Below, piece after piece: positions 9,258-19,625 of a stretch of 64,000 nt of DNA; position 1 is the stretch's first letter, and the number at the start of each line of letters is the position of its first letter. Where the stretch lies: contig JBAZNR010000001.1 in the NCBI GenBank assembly GCA_041649175.1, positions 258,332 to 322,331 of the forward strand. Reading direction: 5' to 3'. Both the position numbers and the translations under genes were made by a program. The notes under the pieces were generated by a model. It made no database searches, was not told the DNA's origin, and saw only the letters and a program-made list of their open reading frames with translations. This DNA comes from Candidatus Omnitrophota bacterium. GTDB lineage: Bacteria; Omnitrophota; Gorgyraeia; Zapsychrales; JBAZNR01.

Positions 9258-11146
9258 CTGCCTGTCGCCTCCTTATTTCTTTCTAAACTTCTTTTCTTTA
9301 AGTAGATCATTAAGATCGATATCGCCGCCGGAGTCACTCCGGAAATACGATTCGCCTGCCCCAAAGACACCGGAGCAAATTTCTTTAATTTCTGACGGAT
9401 CTCGATAGAGAGCCCTTGGATATGAGAATAATCCATATCCGGCGGAATTTTTATATTTTCAATATGGCGAAAGCGTTCAATATCTTTCTTTTGGCGTTCG
9501 ATAAACCCTTCGTATTTAATTTCATATTCCACCTGCTCGATCACTTGCCTAGGAAATTTCTTTAAATTGCCGTCGAAAGGAGCGACCAGCCCATAATGAA
9601 CACCCGGCCTCTTCAAAATATCTCTTAACGACGTTGGCCTTTTAAGAGGATTGCTATTGCACTTTTCCAATTCTTTATCCAGTGAAGTCCCCGGAGCAAT
9701 AACGGTTTTGTGAAGATGCTGGATTTCTTTAGCAATGGACGTATATTTCTTTGTAATTTTTCCGAAATCACGCCGGCTCACCAGCCCAAAATCATATCCA
9801 TATTTCGCTAAACGTTGATCGGCATTGTCTTCCCTGATCAGCAGTCTATATTCCACGCGTGACGTGAACATACGATACGGCTCTTCGGTTCCTTTGGTCA
9901 CCAGATCATCGATCAAAACGCCGATGTAAGCTTCATGGCGCCCTAAAATAAATGGCGGTCTATTCTTCGCTTTTAACGCGGCATTGATTCCGGCAACAAT
10001 TCCCTGTGCCGCGGCTTCTTCATAACCGGTTGTCCCATTGATCTGTCCGGCCAGAAATAACCCTTCGGCTCTTTTTGTTTCCAATGTGTGTTTAAGCTCC
10101 GTCGGCGGGACAACGCCATGTTCGATCGCGTATCCGGGCCGCATCAAGCGCGCGCGTTCCAAACCTTTAATGGAATGGACCATTTTTTCCTGAATATCAT
10201 ACGGAAGGCTGGTAGAAATCCCGTTAGGATAATATTCGTGCGTGTTATATCCTTCCGGCTCTAAAAATATTTGGTGGCTTTTTTTATCCGCGAATTTAAC
10301 AAGCTTATCTTCAATGGAAGGGCAATAGCGCACGCCCGTCGACTTGATAACGCCGGAATACATCGGCGAAAGATGAAGCCCGCTACGGATGATCTCGTGC
10401 GTTTGTTCCGATGTATGCGTGATATAACACGGTAATGTTTTTTGCTTTAACTTCTTTGTGCTAAATGAAAAAGGGATGGGATCAATGTCGGAAGGCTGTA
10501 TTTCCATCTTGGAAAAATCAATGGTACGCCCATCAATACGCGGCGGCGTTCCTGTTTTAAAACTAAGTAACGGAAATCCGATCGCCTCCAAGCTTTTGGC
10601 TAATTTATGCGATGCCGGTTCGCCAATGCGCCCGCCGGAAAAAGTGGTCGCTCCGATATGGATGCGCCCGTTGAGAAAAGTTCCGGGTGTTAAAACAACC
10701 GTTGTAGCATAAATTTCAATGCCGATGCTGGTTTTAATGCCAATAACGCAACCGTTACCAACTAAGATCTCACTCACTTTATCTTGGCGGACAGATAAAT
10801 TTTCCTGATTTTCAATAACCCGGCGCATATAGGTTTTATAGCGCAACCGGTCTGATTGGCATCGCGAAGAGCGCACCGCAGCTCCTTTAGACGTATTGAG
10901 TTGGCGGAATTGTACCGCCGTTTCATCCGCCGCCTTGGCCATTTCGCCACCTAAGGCATCGATCTCTTTGACCAACTGGCCTTTGCCAACGCCACCGATC
11001 GCCGGATTACAGCTCATCTGCCCGATGGTTTCAATATTCATGCAAACCATAAGCGTTTTAGCGCCCATGCGGCTAGCCGCTAAAGCCGCTTCAACACCCG
11101 CGTGGCCGGCGCCGATGACAATGCAATCATAATGATGGTCATTCAT
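9254..11146 (-). CDS. mnmG: tRNA uridine 5-carboxymethylaminomethyl modification enzyme MnmG (GidA)
   Basis: 630 aa; [26 protein letters not shown] is an FAD Rossmann motif, with full-length MnmG architecture. Confidence 0.9.
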   Translation of the reverse strand: MNDHHYDCIVIGAGHAGVEAALAASRMGAKTLMVCMNIETIGQMSCNPAIGGVGKGQLVKEIDALGGEMAKAADETAVQFRQLNTSKGAAVRSSRCQSDRLRYKTYMRRVIENQENLSVRQDKVSEILVGNGCVIGIKTSIGIEIYATTVVLTPGTFLNGRIHIGATTFSGGRIGEPASHKLAKSLEAIGFPLLSFKTGTPPRIDGRTIDFSKMEIQPSDIDPIPFSFSTKKLKQKTLPCYITHTSEQTHEIIRSGLHLSPMYSGVIKSTGVRYCPSIEDKLVKFADKKSHQIFLEPEGYNTHEYYPNGISTSLPYDIQEKMVHSIKGLERARLMRPGYAIEHGVVPPTELKHTLETKRAEGLFLAGQINGTTGYEEAAAQGIVAGINAALKAKNRPPFILGRHEAYIGVLIDDLVTKGTEEPYRMFTSRVEYRLLIREDNADQRLAKYGYDFGLVSRRDFGKITKKYTSIAKEIQHLHKTVIAPGTSLDKELEKCNSNPLKRPTSLRDILKRPGVHYGLVAPFDGNLKKFPRQVIEQVEYEIKYEGFIERQKKDIERFRHIENIKIPPDMDYSHIQGLSIEIRQKLKKFAPVSLGQANRISGVTPAAISILMIYLKKRSLERNKEATGR

Positions 11147-11181
11147 AGACTTTTATTAGGAGTTGGTGAAACGAAAAGATT

Positions 11182-11347
11182 ACTTCTGTTTTAGCGTAAA
11201 AAAGGTATTGGCCAGAGTGAAAACAAATAAAATGATAACGATGGCATTTAAGTCGGAATACTGAAAGTTTGTGAACGTGATCACTAAGATCCCGATCAAA
11301 GAAAGGATCCACAAGGCATACATGACGAACGAAAAGAATTTATTCAT
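11182..11347 (-). CDS. unannotated small hydrophobic protein (55 aa, two predicted TM helices)
   Basis: Reverse-strand ORF MNKFFSFVMYALWILSLIGILVITFTNFQYSDLNAIVIILFVFTLANTFFTLKQK, preceded by a strong SD (AAAGAGGAA) about 5 nt upstream. It is below the ORF-track length cutoff. Confidence 0.4.
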
Positions 11348-11414
11348 AACTTCCTCTTTAAAAAAGGTAAAACAATTGTATATAAAATACCGTCAAAAAT
11401 GTGTTTTGTCAATC

Positions 11415-12425
11415 TTAAGGATGGGTGCTGACACTAGCGCAAGATTCGCGCGTAATAAGTTCAGGGGCAAGAATAATTTTGGCAGGAGCGGTCTTTTTCC
11501 CGGAGACAACGGCGCTTAAATAACGCACGGCATCTTCGGCCATTTTAAAAAGCGGCTGTTTGATGGTTGTAAGCCCGATCGGCCCATAAAGCCCGGCAGG
11601 ATTGTCGTCGAATCCAATCACAGAAATATCTTGCGGAACGCGTTTACCTTTTTCCATGATCACGGTAATAGCTTCCAACGCCATGTCATCACTGGCCGCA
11701 AAAACAGCCGTCGGAGGATTTTTTAAAGAGAGAAACCCTTCCATCGCTGTGCGGGCACAACGCCTGGAATAATCACCCTGATAGATATATCCTTCCTCGA
11801 TAGGAATATTTTTCTTTTTTAAAACCTGTTTAAACCCTTCAAGCCGCTGCGCGCCCGATTGTGTATGCAAAGCCCCGGTGATCGTCGCGATCCTTTTATG
11901 CCCCAGCCCAATAAGATAATCTGTGGCTAAGTAGCCGCCTTTTACATTATCAACCGCGATGTAATTGACCCCCAGGTCTTCCACAACATTATTAATGACC
12001 ATGCATGGGATCCCTTCTTCCAGAGCAGCTTCTACTTGCTTTCGATTCTCAATAATATCCGCAAAGATAACCGCGCCGACGGCCGTCGTATTGATAGGGT
12101 TATCACCATTGGTAATATGAAATACCAGGTCTGATTTGATCACTTCACAGGCATGCCCCACACCGCGGATGATCTCCATCGCGTAAAAGGAGTGAAAAAC
12201 ACCGGGATATCCGGGAATAACAAGCCCCACCGCGCTATTAAGCCCGCGCGCCAAACTTTGAGCGACCGGATTGGGTTTAAATTTAAAATGGGCAATGGCT
12301 TCTTCAACTTTTACGCGATTTTCCTTATTGACGGTAGGGACATTATTCAAAACGCGGGAAACGGTGGTGATAGAAACTCCTGCTCGGCGGGCAACATCTT
12401 CAATGCTAAGTTTTTTCTTCGGCAT
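11415..12425 (-). CDS. LacI-family transcriptional regulator
   Basis: 336 aa. N-terminal HTH LSIEDVARRAGVSITTVSRVLNN, then a periplasmic-binding-protein-like sugar-binding core. Confidence 0.85.
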   Translation of the reverse strand: MPKKKLSIEDVARRAGVSITTVSRVLNNVPTVNKENRVKVEEAIAHFKFKPNPVAQSLARGLNSAVGLVIPGYPGVFHSFYAMEIIRGVGHACEVIKSDLVFHITNGDNPINTTAVGAVIFADIIENRKQVEAALEEGIPCMVINNVVEDLGVNYIAVDNVKGGYLATDYLIGLGHKRIATITGALHTQSGAQRLEGFKQVLKKKNIPIEEGYIYQGDYSRRCARTAMEGFLSLKNPPTAVFAASDDMALEAITVIMEKGKRVPQDISVIGFDDNPAGLYGPIGLTTIKQPLFKMAEDAVRYLSAVVSGKKTAPAKIILAPELITRESCASVSTHP

Positions 12426-12438
12426 GATAAAGCTTTTC

Positions 12439-13662
12439 TTACTTTACGGCATCCCCGACTTTGATCTTGGCCCCTTTTTGCTTAATATCGGCTGCCGAAA
12501 TATCTTTGCGCACCTCAATAACTTCCAGGCCGGCAATATATTTCGAACCGCGATAAACACTTAAGCCATCGCCAACGCGAATACCGGAATTTTCTCCTAG
12601 ATCCACCACAACAAAGTTGCTGGCGTCATTAACGCTGACCACACGCCCGTTAAATCCGGCATGTGCTTCCGATCCGGATTTTGACGAAGGATGCGGCGCG
12701 CTGACAATAATGGGAGGCAATTCAATTTGTTTTGACCCATCCGCGTCTGCGGGTTTGATCTTTTTATCGAGATTGCTTTTGATGTCGAGGATCTCATCAA
12801 TACGATTTTGAATAATGCTCTCAGCCTCCGCGAGGCGGCGGCCGGTATTTTCTTTGTCTTCCGAAAGTTTCGCAATACTTTTTTCTAAACTGATCTTGGC
12901 AGAACTTAATTCTTTGACCTGGGAGCGAAGCGTGGTATTTTCTTCCTTCATTTTGGATAAACGCTCCGCCACATAGCGCTTATCATTCTTTTCCCGGGCA
13001 AGTTCGATCGATAGATTATTGGAGAGATCTTCCGAGTATTTAACCCTTCGTTCGATCTCTTCTTTTTCATTTTTTAATTGGCTTAATTCCAATTCCATAT
13101 CAGAGTTCTTTTTCTTAAGCTCGCCGACTTCAACAGCGCCGGATGAAAGATTGCTATGCAGTTCCTTCAGCCGCAACTCTAACGATGCTTTTTCTTTTAA
13201 AACACTGGCCCAATATTTGTCCTGAGTTTCCGCCGCGGTAGGATCCGGCAATGATTGTCCTTCGGGGCCTTTGATGATCTGAACTTCCGCGGGAGCCTGG
13301 ATCTTTGCTAAAAGGTCATCTCGTTCTTTGCGTAAAGACTCTACTCTGGTTTTCCAGTCTTCGCGCTCGCCGGTCAATGACTCAACTTGCCCGGTCAACT
13401 CACCGATACGGGCATTAAATTCCTCTAATTGCTTTTGTGCCGCTTGCCTGACAGCCTGGGCTTGCTTTAATTCACCGTCAAGCCTTTTAACGTCATCACT
13501 GAGCTTTTTTTCTTTTTCTTTGGATTGATTTAAATCAGCGTCAACTTTAGCTTTCGCGCTTTCCAGGGCAGTTTTTTCGTTCATCGTTGTGACAGCCACA
13601 TAAGCACTGAAGCCAAATAGGGCGACCAGGATCAGAATAATGACAATGGCATTTCTTGACAT
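12439..13662 (-). CDS. membrane-anchored coiled-coil protein of unknown function
   Basis: 407 aa. N-terminal TM helix (IVIILILVALFGFSAYVAV), about 250 aa of heptad-rich coiled coil (LKQAQ..LEE..), and a small C-terminal beta domain (VVSVNDASNFVVVDLGENSGIRVGDGLSVY). Confidence 0.5.
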   Translation of the reverse strand: MSRNAIVIILILVALFGFSAYVAVTTMNEKTALESAKAKVDADLNQSKEKEKKLSDDVKRLDGELKQAQAVRQAAQKQLEEFNARIGELTGQVESLTGEREDWKTRVESLRKERDDLLAKIQAPAEVQIIKGPEGQSLPDPTAAETQDKYWASVLKEKASLELRLKELHSNLSSGAVEVGELKKKNSDMELELSQLKNEKEEIERRVKYSEDLSNNLSIELAREKNDKRYVAERLSKMKEENTTLRSQVKELSSAKISLEKSIAKLSEDKENTGRRLAEAESIIQNRIDEILDIKSNLDKKIKPADADGSKQIELPPIIVSAPHPSSKSGSEAHAGFNGRVVSVNDASNFVVVDLGENSGIRVGDGLSVYRGSKYIAGLEVIEVRKDISAADIKQKGAKIKVGDAVK

Positions 13663-13809
13663 GCGTTTCTCCTTTTAACTTCCCGCATTATAATAGGACT
13701 ATTATAAAGAGGATGTGTACGTAACTGAAAACACTATATCAAAGGATTAATATAAGCACAAGAAAAATTAGGTTTTTTATATTCCTTTTTATGATAAATT
13801 CGCGCGATT

Positions 13810-15069
13810 TTATACCTGAACAAAAATTTTCCGCACCACCAGGCTGGCTGCCCCCACCGCCGCCGCATCAGCTCCTAGTCTGGACGCAACAACCTTGGCA
13901 ACGCTTGCCATTTCGGGAAAAGCAAACTCGCAAACGGACTCTTTAACAGCATCAAAGAATATATTTCCCGCTTCTTCCATGCCCCCGCCGATGATAACTG
14001 TTTGAGGGTTCAATAAATTAATCAAGAATGCGGCGCGCACGCCTAAACAACGCCCTGCTTGGCGAACAATATGAACGGCTAAACTATCGTTATTATTGGC
14101 CGCTTCAAAAATATGACGCAAATTAATTTCTTCCTGGCCGCTATTGATCAATTCCCGGAGGATCTTCCCTTTTTCCGGAAACTGCTCCAAGGCCTTTTGA
14201 GCATGGCGAACCATCCCAAGGTCGTCTTCCCAGGGCTGGATAAAGTAAGCGCCGCCTAATGAACTTAAAAATTCATTGCGATGCGCGTTATTGAGCGCCA
14301 CTTCTCCGGCGGCACCGCTAGCTCCTCGATAAACTTCTCCATTGAGAATAAATCCGCTGCCGACCCCGGAAAACATATAAACAACATTTTTGATATCTGT
14401 TTCGGACGACATCCACTGTTCTCCAAAACAAGAAGCGGTCGCATCATTTTCCAGAAGGCAAGAAAGGCCGAATTTCTGTTGAATGATCTCTTCTAGCGGG
14501 AAAGCGACCGAAGAATAACGGCATTCCCCATTCGATAATTTTTCCGGCCAACGGATCGTTTTATTTTGGCGGTCGATCATGCCTCCGATACCGATCCCAA
14601 TTCCCTTGATCCTTTTTTGTTCAATAATGGCAACGCGGCTGATCAATTCATCAATAATAGAAACGGCGCATTGCATAATATCGTTCATCATCATGCCGGG
14701 ATGTTTTCTAACAACGCGCGTCACAATGCGTCCGTCTAGATCAGCGATAACCCCAATCATATCTAAGAGATTTAAGCCTACACCAATGGCAAGATTAGCG
14801 TTGGAATTAAGCGAAAGAAGTGCCGGCCGGCGGCCGCCGGTTGAAACATCCAGCGCCTTAACCGAAACAAGATGAGAGCGGATATAGTGATCAACATAAT
14901 TAGATGTGGTAACAACATTAAGTCCTGCAACGCGGGAAATTTCGGCTTTACTGACGGGCCCTAAACGGCGGATCGCTTCCAGAATGGCGAGATTTTTTCT
15001 GGAGCGCTCGGTCAACATCTCTTCTTTGAAAACAAGCGGACGCATAAAAAATGTTCCTCTCGCAAACAA
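13810..15069 (-). CDS. ROK-family transcriptional regulator (NagC/XylR-like: HTH plus sugar-kinase fold)
   Basis: N-terminal winged HTH (ILEAIRRLGPVSKAEISRVAGL) and a ROK core with GIGIGIGGMI and NDATASCFGE motifs. Confidence 0.75.
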   Translation of the reverse strand: MFARGTFFMRPLVFKEEMLTERSRKNLAILEAIRRLGPVSKAEISRVAGLNVVTTSNYVDHYIRSHLVSVKALDVSTGGRRPALLSLNSNANLAIGVGLNLLDMIGVIADLDGRIVTRVVRKHPGMMMNDIMQCAVSIIDELISRVAIIEQKRIKGIGIGIGGMIDRQNKTIRWPEKLSNGECRYSSVAFPLEEIIQQKFGLSCLLENDATASCFGEQWMSSETDIKNVVYMFSGVGSGFILNGEVYRGASGAAGEVALNNAHRNEFLSSLGGAYFIQPWEDDLGMVRHAQKALEQFPEKGKILRELINSGQEEINLRHIFEAANNNDSLAVHIVRQAGRCLGVRAAFLINLLNPQTVIIGGGMEEAGNIFFDAVKESVCEFAFPEMASVAKVVASRLGADAAAVGAASLVVRKIFVQV

Positions 15070-15159
15070 CGCAGTTTCTAATAGTTACAATCATATTATG
15101 AGAGAAACTCTACAGTGTCCACATATTTTGTATGTTTTTAATTAATTTAGAGAAAAATA

Positions 15160-15222
15160 AAGGCGCCCCCAATGTTTTGTTTCGTTTTGTAAAACAAAAC
15201 GGAACAGTGGGGGCGCCTTTTT
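15160..15222. terminator. long GC-clamped hairpin terminator between the lipoprotein gene and the ROK regulator
   Basis: AGGCGCCCCCA...(inner palindrome CGTTTTGTAAAACAAAACG)...TGGGGGCGCCTTTTT, with an A-run on the 5' side, so it could act bidirectionally. Confidence 0.65.
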
Positions 15223-15239
15223 ACAAATACCAAATAACT

Positions 15240-15908
15240 CTATTCGTATCTTAAATCATCCAAATAAAACACGCAAGATTCCGGATTAACATCAACGTTG
15301 GTAGACCAAGAAAAACCTCCGCTGACATACGAAAGATCTTTACCGCGAAGATCGATGGAATATTGTTTCCATTCGGACGATAAAATAACCGGCCCGATCA
15401 TGGCCGTATCCGAGTCAGGATAATCACCCGTAACACCGCCCATCTTGAACTCTTCGATACGTTCTCCGCCTTTTTCTCCCTTAGCCCAGAACGTCAAGCT
15501 GGTCGCTCCGGTTAAGTCAAAGCCGCCTTTTCGATTGCCCCAATTATTCGCCGGATTTTGCCAATAAACCCCGGCCCATTTCTGCCCTGCTCTTGAGCAA
15601 ACAACATCGTAAGCGATCTTAATGCAGCTTTTTCCATCATGGCAATTTTCAATCCACGTATCGTCGAATGAAAGGCACTTTCCATCAGGCATAAATCCCG
15701 ATGGAATAAAGTGATTGTCCCGCGTCCCTTTATCGGCATAGATCCCGAAGGGAACAAAAACATCTCCGGTTTGCCCCGATGCGGATTTGGTTGTTGACGT
15801 ATCAGCGGCTTGCGCGATGCCGTTACCTGAGTTGCTGTCCTGAGCTGTCTTTGTGCATCCGGCCACCATGAAAAGAATAACCGCCAAACCCGTTATTACG
15901 CGTTTCAT
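15240..15908 (-). CDS. lipoprotein of unknown function (secreted, sugar locus)
   Basis: 222 aa with a lipobox signal MKRVITGLAVILFMVAGC. Confidence 0.55.
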   Translation of the reverse strand: MKRVITGLAVILFMVAGCTKTAQDSNSGNGIAQAADTSTTKSASGQTGDVFVPFGIYADKGTRDNHFIPSGFMPDGKCLSFDDTWIENCHDGKSCIKIAYDVVCSRAGQKWAGVYWQNPANNWGNRKGGFDLTGATSLTFWAKGEKGGERIEEFKMGGVTGDYPDSDTAMIGPVILSSEWKQYSIDLRGKDLSYVSGGFSWSTNVDVNPESCVFYLDDLRYE

Positions 15909-15960
15909 TATTTTCCTTTTGTTGATTTAAAGAACGATTTTAGTTATGTTGAATAATTTC

Positions 15961-16821
15961 TTATTCTTGATCTTTCAAAGCATCTAATTCGCGCACCGCT
16001 GCTTCCGAAGGCTTCCAAAACCAACCTTGAGGATCCCAGCTCTGAGCGTAAGAAAATTCATCAACGAGTTTTTTGTAAGATTCTTTGGCTTCTTTAATTT
16101 TACCGGCTTTCTTGAATGCCTCTCCTCTAATAAAGAGGCTTGTTCCGACGTCATTCAAAGCCCAGAAAGAAAAGATCTTATCTTTGCTTTCCCATGGATA
16201 CTCTTTTAAGGAAGCTTGCATTTCTTTGGCTTTCGCTTCATAAAGCTCTAATGTCTTTCCAACATACGCCAGAACTTCATCCAGCTTGTCTTCTTTTAAA
16301 GCAACCCATGCTTTTGTCGTCAACGATTCAGAGGTGTAATCACCGAAATCAAGCGTTGAACCACTTTCGATGGACGCTAACTTTTCCTTAGCGGCTTCCG
16401 CCGGTTTCCAAAACCAACCCTTGGTATCCCAGCATTGGCCGTAAGTATATTCGGTCATTAATTTCTTGAAGACTTCTTTGGCTTCATCCGTCATTTTAGC
16501 TTTACGATAAGCTTCACCCTGGATAAAAAGGCAGGTCGCCACATCATTAAGCGCCCAGAATCCAAAAATTTCTTCATTCGTTCCTTTAGGATAATCACTA
16601 AGGCTTGCTTGCATCTTTTTGGCTTGTTCGCCGTAAAGTTCCATGCACTTATTGGTATAAGCCAATACCGCTTCAATGTCGCCTTTTTCTAAGGCAGCCC
16701 ATGCTTTTGATGCTAGTGTCGTCGACCGATAATCGCCAAAATCATACGCTTGGGCAATTGTCGGAGAAACCAGCGCCATAGCCGTCAAAACGATCGCAAC
16801 TATTGACAACATCCTTCTCAT
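15961..16821 (-). CDS. secreted protein made of two tandem copies of a roughly 135-aa domain of unknown function
   Basis: Signal peptide MRRMLSIVAIVLTAMALVSPTIAQA. Two internal repeats (YDFGDYRSTTLASKAWAALEKGD... and LDFGDYTSESLTTKAWVALKEDK...), each containing FWALNDV...F(I/L)(Q/R)GEA and W(D)xxGWFWKP. Good GGAGG SD. Confidence 0.6.
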   Translation of the reverse strand: MRRMLSIVAIVLTAMALVSPTIAQAYDFGDYRSTTLASKAWAALEKGDIEAVLAYTNKCMELYGEQAKKMQASLSDYPKGTNEEIFGFWALNDVATCLFIQGEAYRKAKMTDEAKEVFKKLMTEYTYGQCWDTKGWFWKPAEAAKEKLASIESGSTLDFGDYTSESLTTKAWVALKEDKLDEVLAYVGKTLELYEAKAKEMQASLKEYPWESKDKIFSFWALNDVGTSLFIRGEAFKKAGKIKEAKESYKKLVDEFSYAQSWDPQGWFWKPSEAAVRELDALKDQE

Positions 16822-16885
16822 CGCTTCTCCTCCTTATTGTGGTTAAAAATTGCAATTAAACGACGTACTTCTTTCCCCTGTTATG

Positions 16886-19234
16886 CTATTGTTCCCGCCA
16901 CATCTTTTGATAACGATAATAACTTTCACGCAACTGCCTTAAAAACGGGCTGCTTTTACCGTCACCCTGGCCGATCAGGCCAAACCACTCTTCATACATA
17001 TATCCATCGGGAAACGGCCCGATAGCCCCGGCACTTTCATCATGAAAAGACGGTTCATAATTCTTCCACCATTCATCCATCCATTCAAAAACAACTCCGC
17101 CTAAGGCATTGCCGGCACCTTGCTTGCGTCCGGCTGAATTCGCCATAATATCCGTCCAATTGCCGTCATGATAATCTGCTTGGGCTTTTTCAGCTTCTTT
17201 CGCGGACATATTATTAGCGTAAGCCGGACAACCATATTCCGTGATAAAAGCTGCTTTACCGCTGGCATCGGAAACTTGTTCCCAATAAGAACCAAATCCG
17301 TAATCACCGCGATAGGCATTGGCCGCGAAGGCGTCCACATTGGGGCAGAACTTGCCGAATATGTCTAAGTATAGCGTATCTCCATTGCAAATTGCAACTG
17401 GATGATTTTTATCAATGGATTTGATCATTTGGGCTACTTTATCAACAAATTGATAGTAGGCTTCCGGTTTTTTATCGGCATTACACGCAACACCATAATT
17501 ATTTTCATTACCTAAAAGCCACATCAGGACATAAGGCTCATCTTTGAAAGCTCTTACCATTTTCTCGACGGAAGCCATCATATTTTTTTGATGCTCGGGA
17601 TTTTCATAATCGGTCCCTTCATACCAGGTAGCGCCGGAACCCAAAGCATATTTTCCTAAAAAGTCCGCCAAAATAACGCGAATGCCGTGTTCTTTATACA
17701 TTTTGCGTAAAACTTCTTTGTTAGGCTCGAAGGGCTGATGATAGATACGAAGCGTATTTGCGCCAAGATCCTTAAGAAGTTTAAAATCGCCTACCACCGG
17801 CTCATTAAAATCCTGTTTATTGTTTCGATTCGCATCCACCCAAGAATCATAAGGCCCATCCGCTAAGCCATTGTGGTTGGTATCTTCCAACATCCAGTCA
17901 GCCAACGTTCCTTTGTCCGGGCTTTGGCCGATCTTTGTGGCAACATAAGTGATCCCTTTAATAATGAACGGCCGATTATCCACCAAAAGCTGCCAGTGGC
18001 CGTTATCATATTGCACCAAACGAACACTTCCCTCGCCGATCGTCTTTTTAATTTTTCCTAAATTCATCGCCATAGAATCAAGATTGAGTTTCTCCTTGAT
18101 AAAATCAAAGAAATTCTTCTTCGCAACAATACCCGGATAAGTAATAACAACATCATTGGCTACGTCATTATCAAAACCATTGGTGATCTGAATTTTCGCC
18201 CAGCCAAATTTTAAATTTAACTCCGGATGAGCCCGTACCAAGTGTCGGATCTTCGCGATCGCCGCCTGCCCCGGATACCAAGGCGTATTCCAATATGTCC
18301 TTCCCGTGGCACTCGGAAAATGAATAACGATCGCGTGGTAAGCTTTGATCGCCTCAGAGTACATCTTGGCTTTTTCAAAAATAAGTCCTAAATAAAATAG
18401 CTTTACGCCCCACGGTTCAGGGGCTGTCGCCCATTTATAGAAAGCAGCTTCCAAGTCATTACTGTGAATGAAATCCCAGTGGCTTGCGTTCAGCCGGCCT
18501 TGTTTGCGCAGCTCATTGTACCGAGGATCTTTTAAAACAGAACCCGTATTAGGGTAAATTCCTTCTCCAACGGCTTCCGATAACCCTTTAGGGTCGGCGA
18601 CCTCATAACGGTAATCTTTTGTTCCGGCGTTAATAAACTGTCCGTATTTGGTGTAGTCCACCACATCTTCTTTTCCTTTAAATTTCAACGTCGGAATTGT
18701 TTTCGGGGTAACTTTAACTTCGATCTTAGGCTTGGCGATGGGAAGTTTTCCGGAAAGCATATCGATACTGTTTTGGCTTTTTTCGGCGATCCGCCAGTAC
18801 CAACCGCGCGGATCCCAGGCGTGAGACCATTTATATTCGTCGATGATCCGTTGAAAAACTTTTTTAGCCTCGTCGCTGCGCCCATTGTTCATTAAGGCTT
18901 CCGCCTGAATGAACATACATGTCCCCACATCATTTAAAACACCAAATTCTTCTTCTTGCTGAATAGTAGGAAATGTCGTTAGCCGAGCATGAAGTTCTGT
19001 GGCTTGAGCGCCATAGGTATTAATACACTGATTAGTAAGTTCGAGAACTTTATTGAGATCAGATTTTCCGGAGGCTTCCCAGGAAAGGCGTACCAATTCT
19101 TTAGAGGAAACGACTTCTTGAGCCAAAGCATAGGGGCTAGAAACTAGAGCATAGACAAATAAAAACATCGCCATGTTTGTGGAGAATTTCCTGCTGAACC
19201 TTCGGTTCTTTCCCCAAAATCCTAAATGGATCAT
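16886..19234 (-). CDS. secreted glycoside hydrolase (clan GH-A TIM barrel, GH5-like), with an N-terminal third copy of the 135-aa domain
   Basis: The N-terminus after the signal (probable start near 19174, MAMFLFVYALVSSPYALA) repeats the FGVLNDVGTCMFIQAEA...WDPRGWYWR domain. The C-terminal half carries LLGNENNYG (acid/base NE) and FITEYGCPAY (nucleophile TExG), as expected for clan GH-A. Confidence 0.55.
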   Translation of the reverse strand: MIHLGFWGKNRRFSRKFSTNMAMFLFVYALVSSPYALAQEVVSSKELVRLSWEASGKSDLNKVLELTNQCINTYGAQATELHARLTTFPTIQQEEEFGVLNDVGTCMFIQAEALMNNGRSDEAKKVFQRIIDEYKWSHAWDPRGWYWRIAEKSQNSIDMLSGKLPIAKPKIEVKVTPKTIPTLKFKGKEDVVDYTKYGQFINAGTKDYRYEVADPKGLSEAVGEGIYPNTGSVLKDPRYNELRKQGRLNASHWDFIHSNDLEAAFYKWATAPEPWGVKLFYLGLIFEKAKMYSEAIKAYHAIVIHFPSATGRTYWNTPWYPGQAAIAKIRHLVRAHPELNLKFGWAKIQITNGFDNDVANDVVITYPGIVAKKNFFDFIKEKLNLDSMAMNLGKIKKTIGEGSVRLVQYDNGHWQLLVDNRPFIIKGITYVATKIGQSPDKGTLADWMLEDTNHNGLADGPYDSWVDANRNNKQDFNEPVVGDFKLLKDLGANTLRIYHQPFEPNKEVLRKMYKEHGIRVILADFLGKYALGSGATWYEGTDYENPEHQKNMMASVEKMVRAFKDEPYVLMWLLGNENNYGVACNADKKPEAYYQFVDKVAQMIKSIDKNHPVAICNGDTLYLDIFGKFCPNVDAFAANAYRGDYGFGSYWEQVSDASGKAAFITEYGCPAYANNMSAKEAEKAQADYHDGNWTDIMANSAGRKQGAGNALGGVVFEWMDEWWKNYEPSFHDESAGAIGPFPDGYMYEEWFGLIGQGDGKSSPFLRQLRESYYRYQKMWREQ

Positions 19235-19625
19235 TATACGATCGCTCCCAAGGAAAGGCTTTTGATGATATGTTTTTGCATGGTTAAGTATACTATGAGA
19301 ACAGGAACAACGGCAATGGCTAGAGCTGCCGTCAAAACTGGGTGGTTAATGCTGTATGTTTCCAGGGATCCTATGAGAGCTTTTTTAAAAAACATCCGAT
19401 ACTTTTCAATGATGTAAAAATTACTTGATTAACTTCATTTCCATTTGATAAATATTATTGCGCACGCTGGATTTGTTTGTTATAGTATAAAATTCATAAT
19501 TCTTCAAGGAAAATATTAGTTACTTCAGCCAGAAAATCAAACATTTTTTGCCGTAGAAAAACAGCTACGCCGGTTTTGATCTAGAATCCACATTATCAAT
19601 TACAAACCTGAAACGGAGGCCATGA

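Noticed and set aside
19419-19625. Possible sigma-70 promoter (TTGATA...TATAGT) and a 7-bp inverted repeat GCCGTAG-N7-CTACGGC upstream of the GPH transporter.
   Set aside because: The -35/-10 spacing does not fit (about 30 nt), and the short palindrome is too weak to call a LacI/ROK operator without comparison data.
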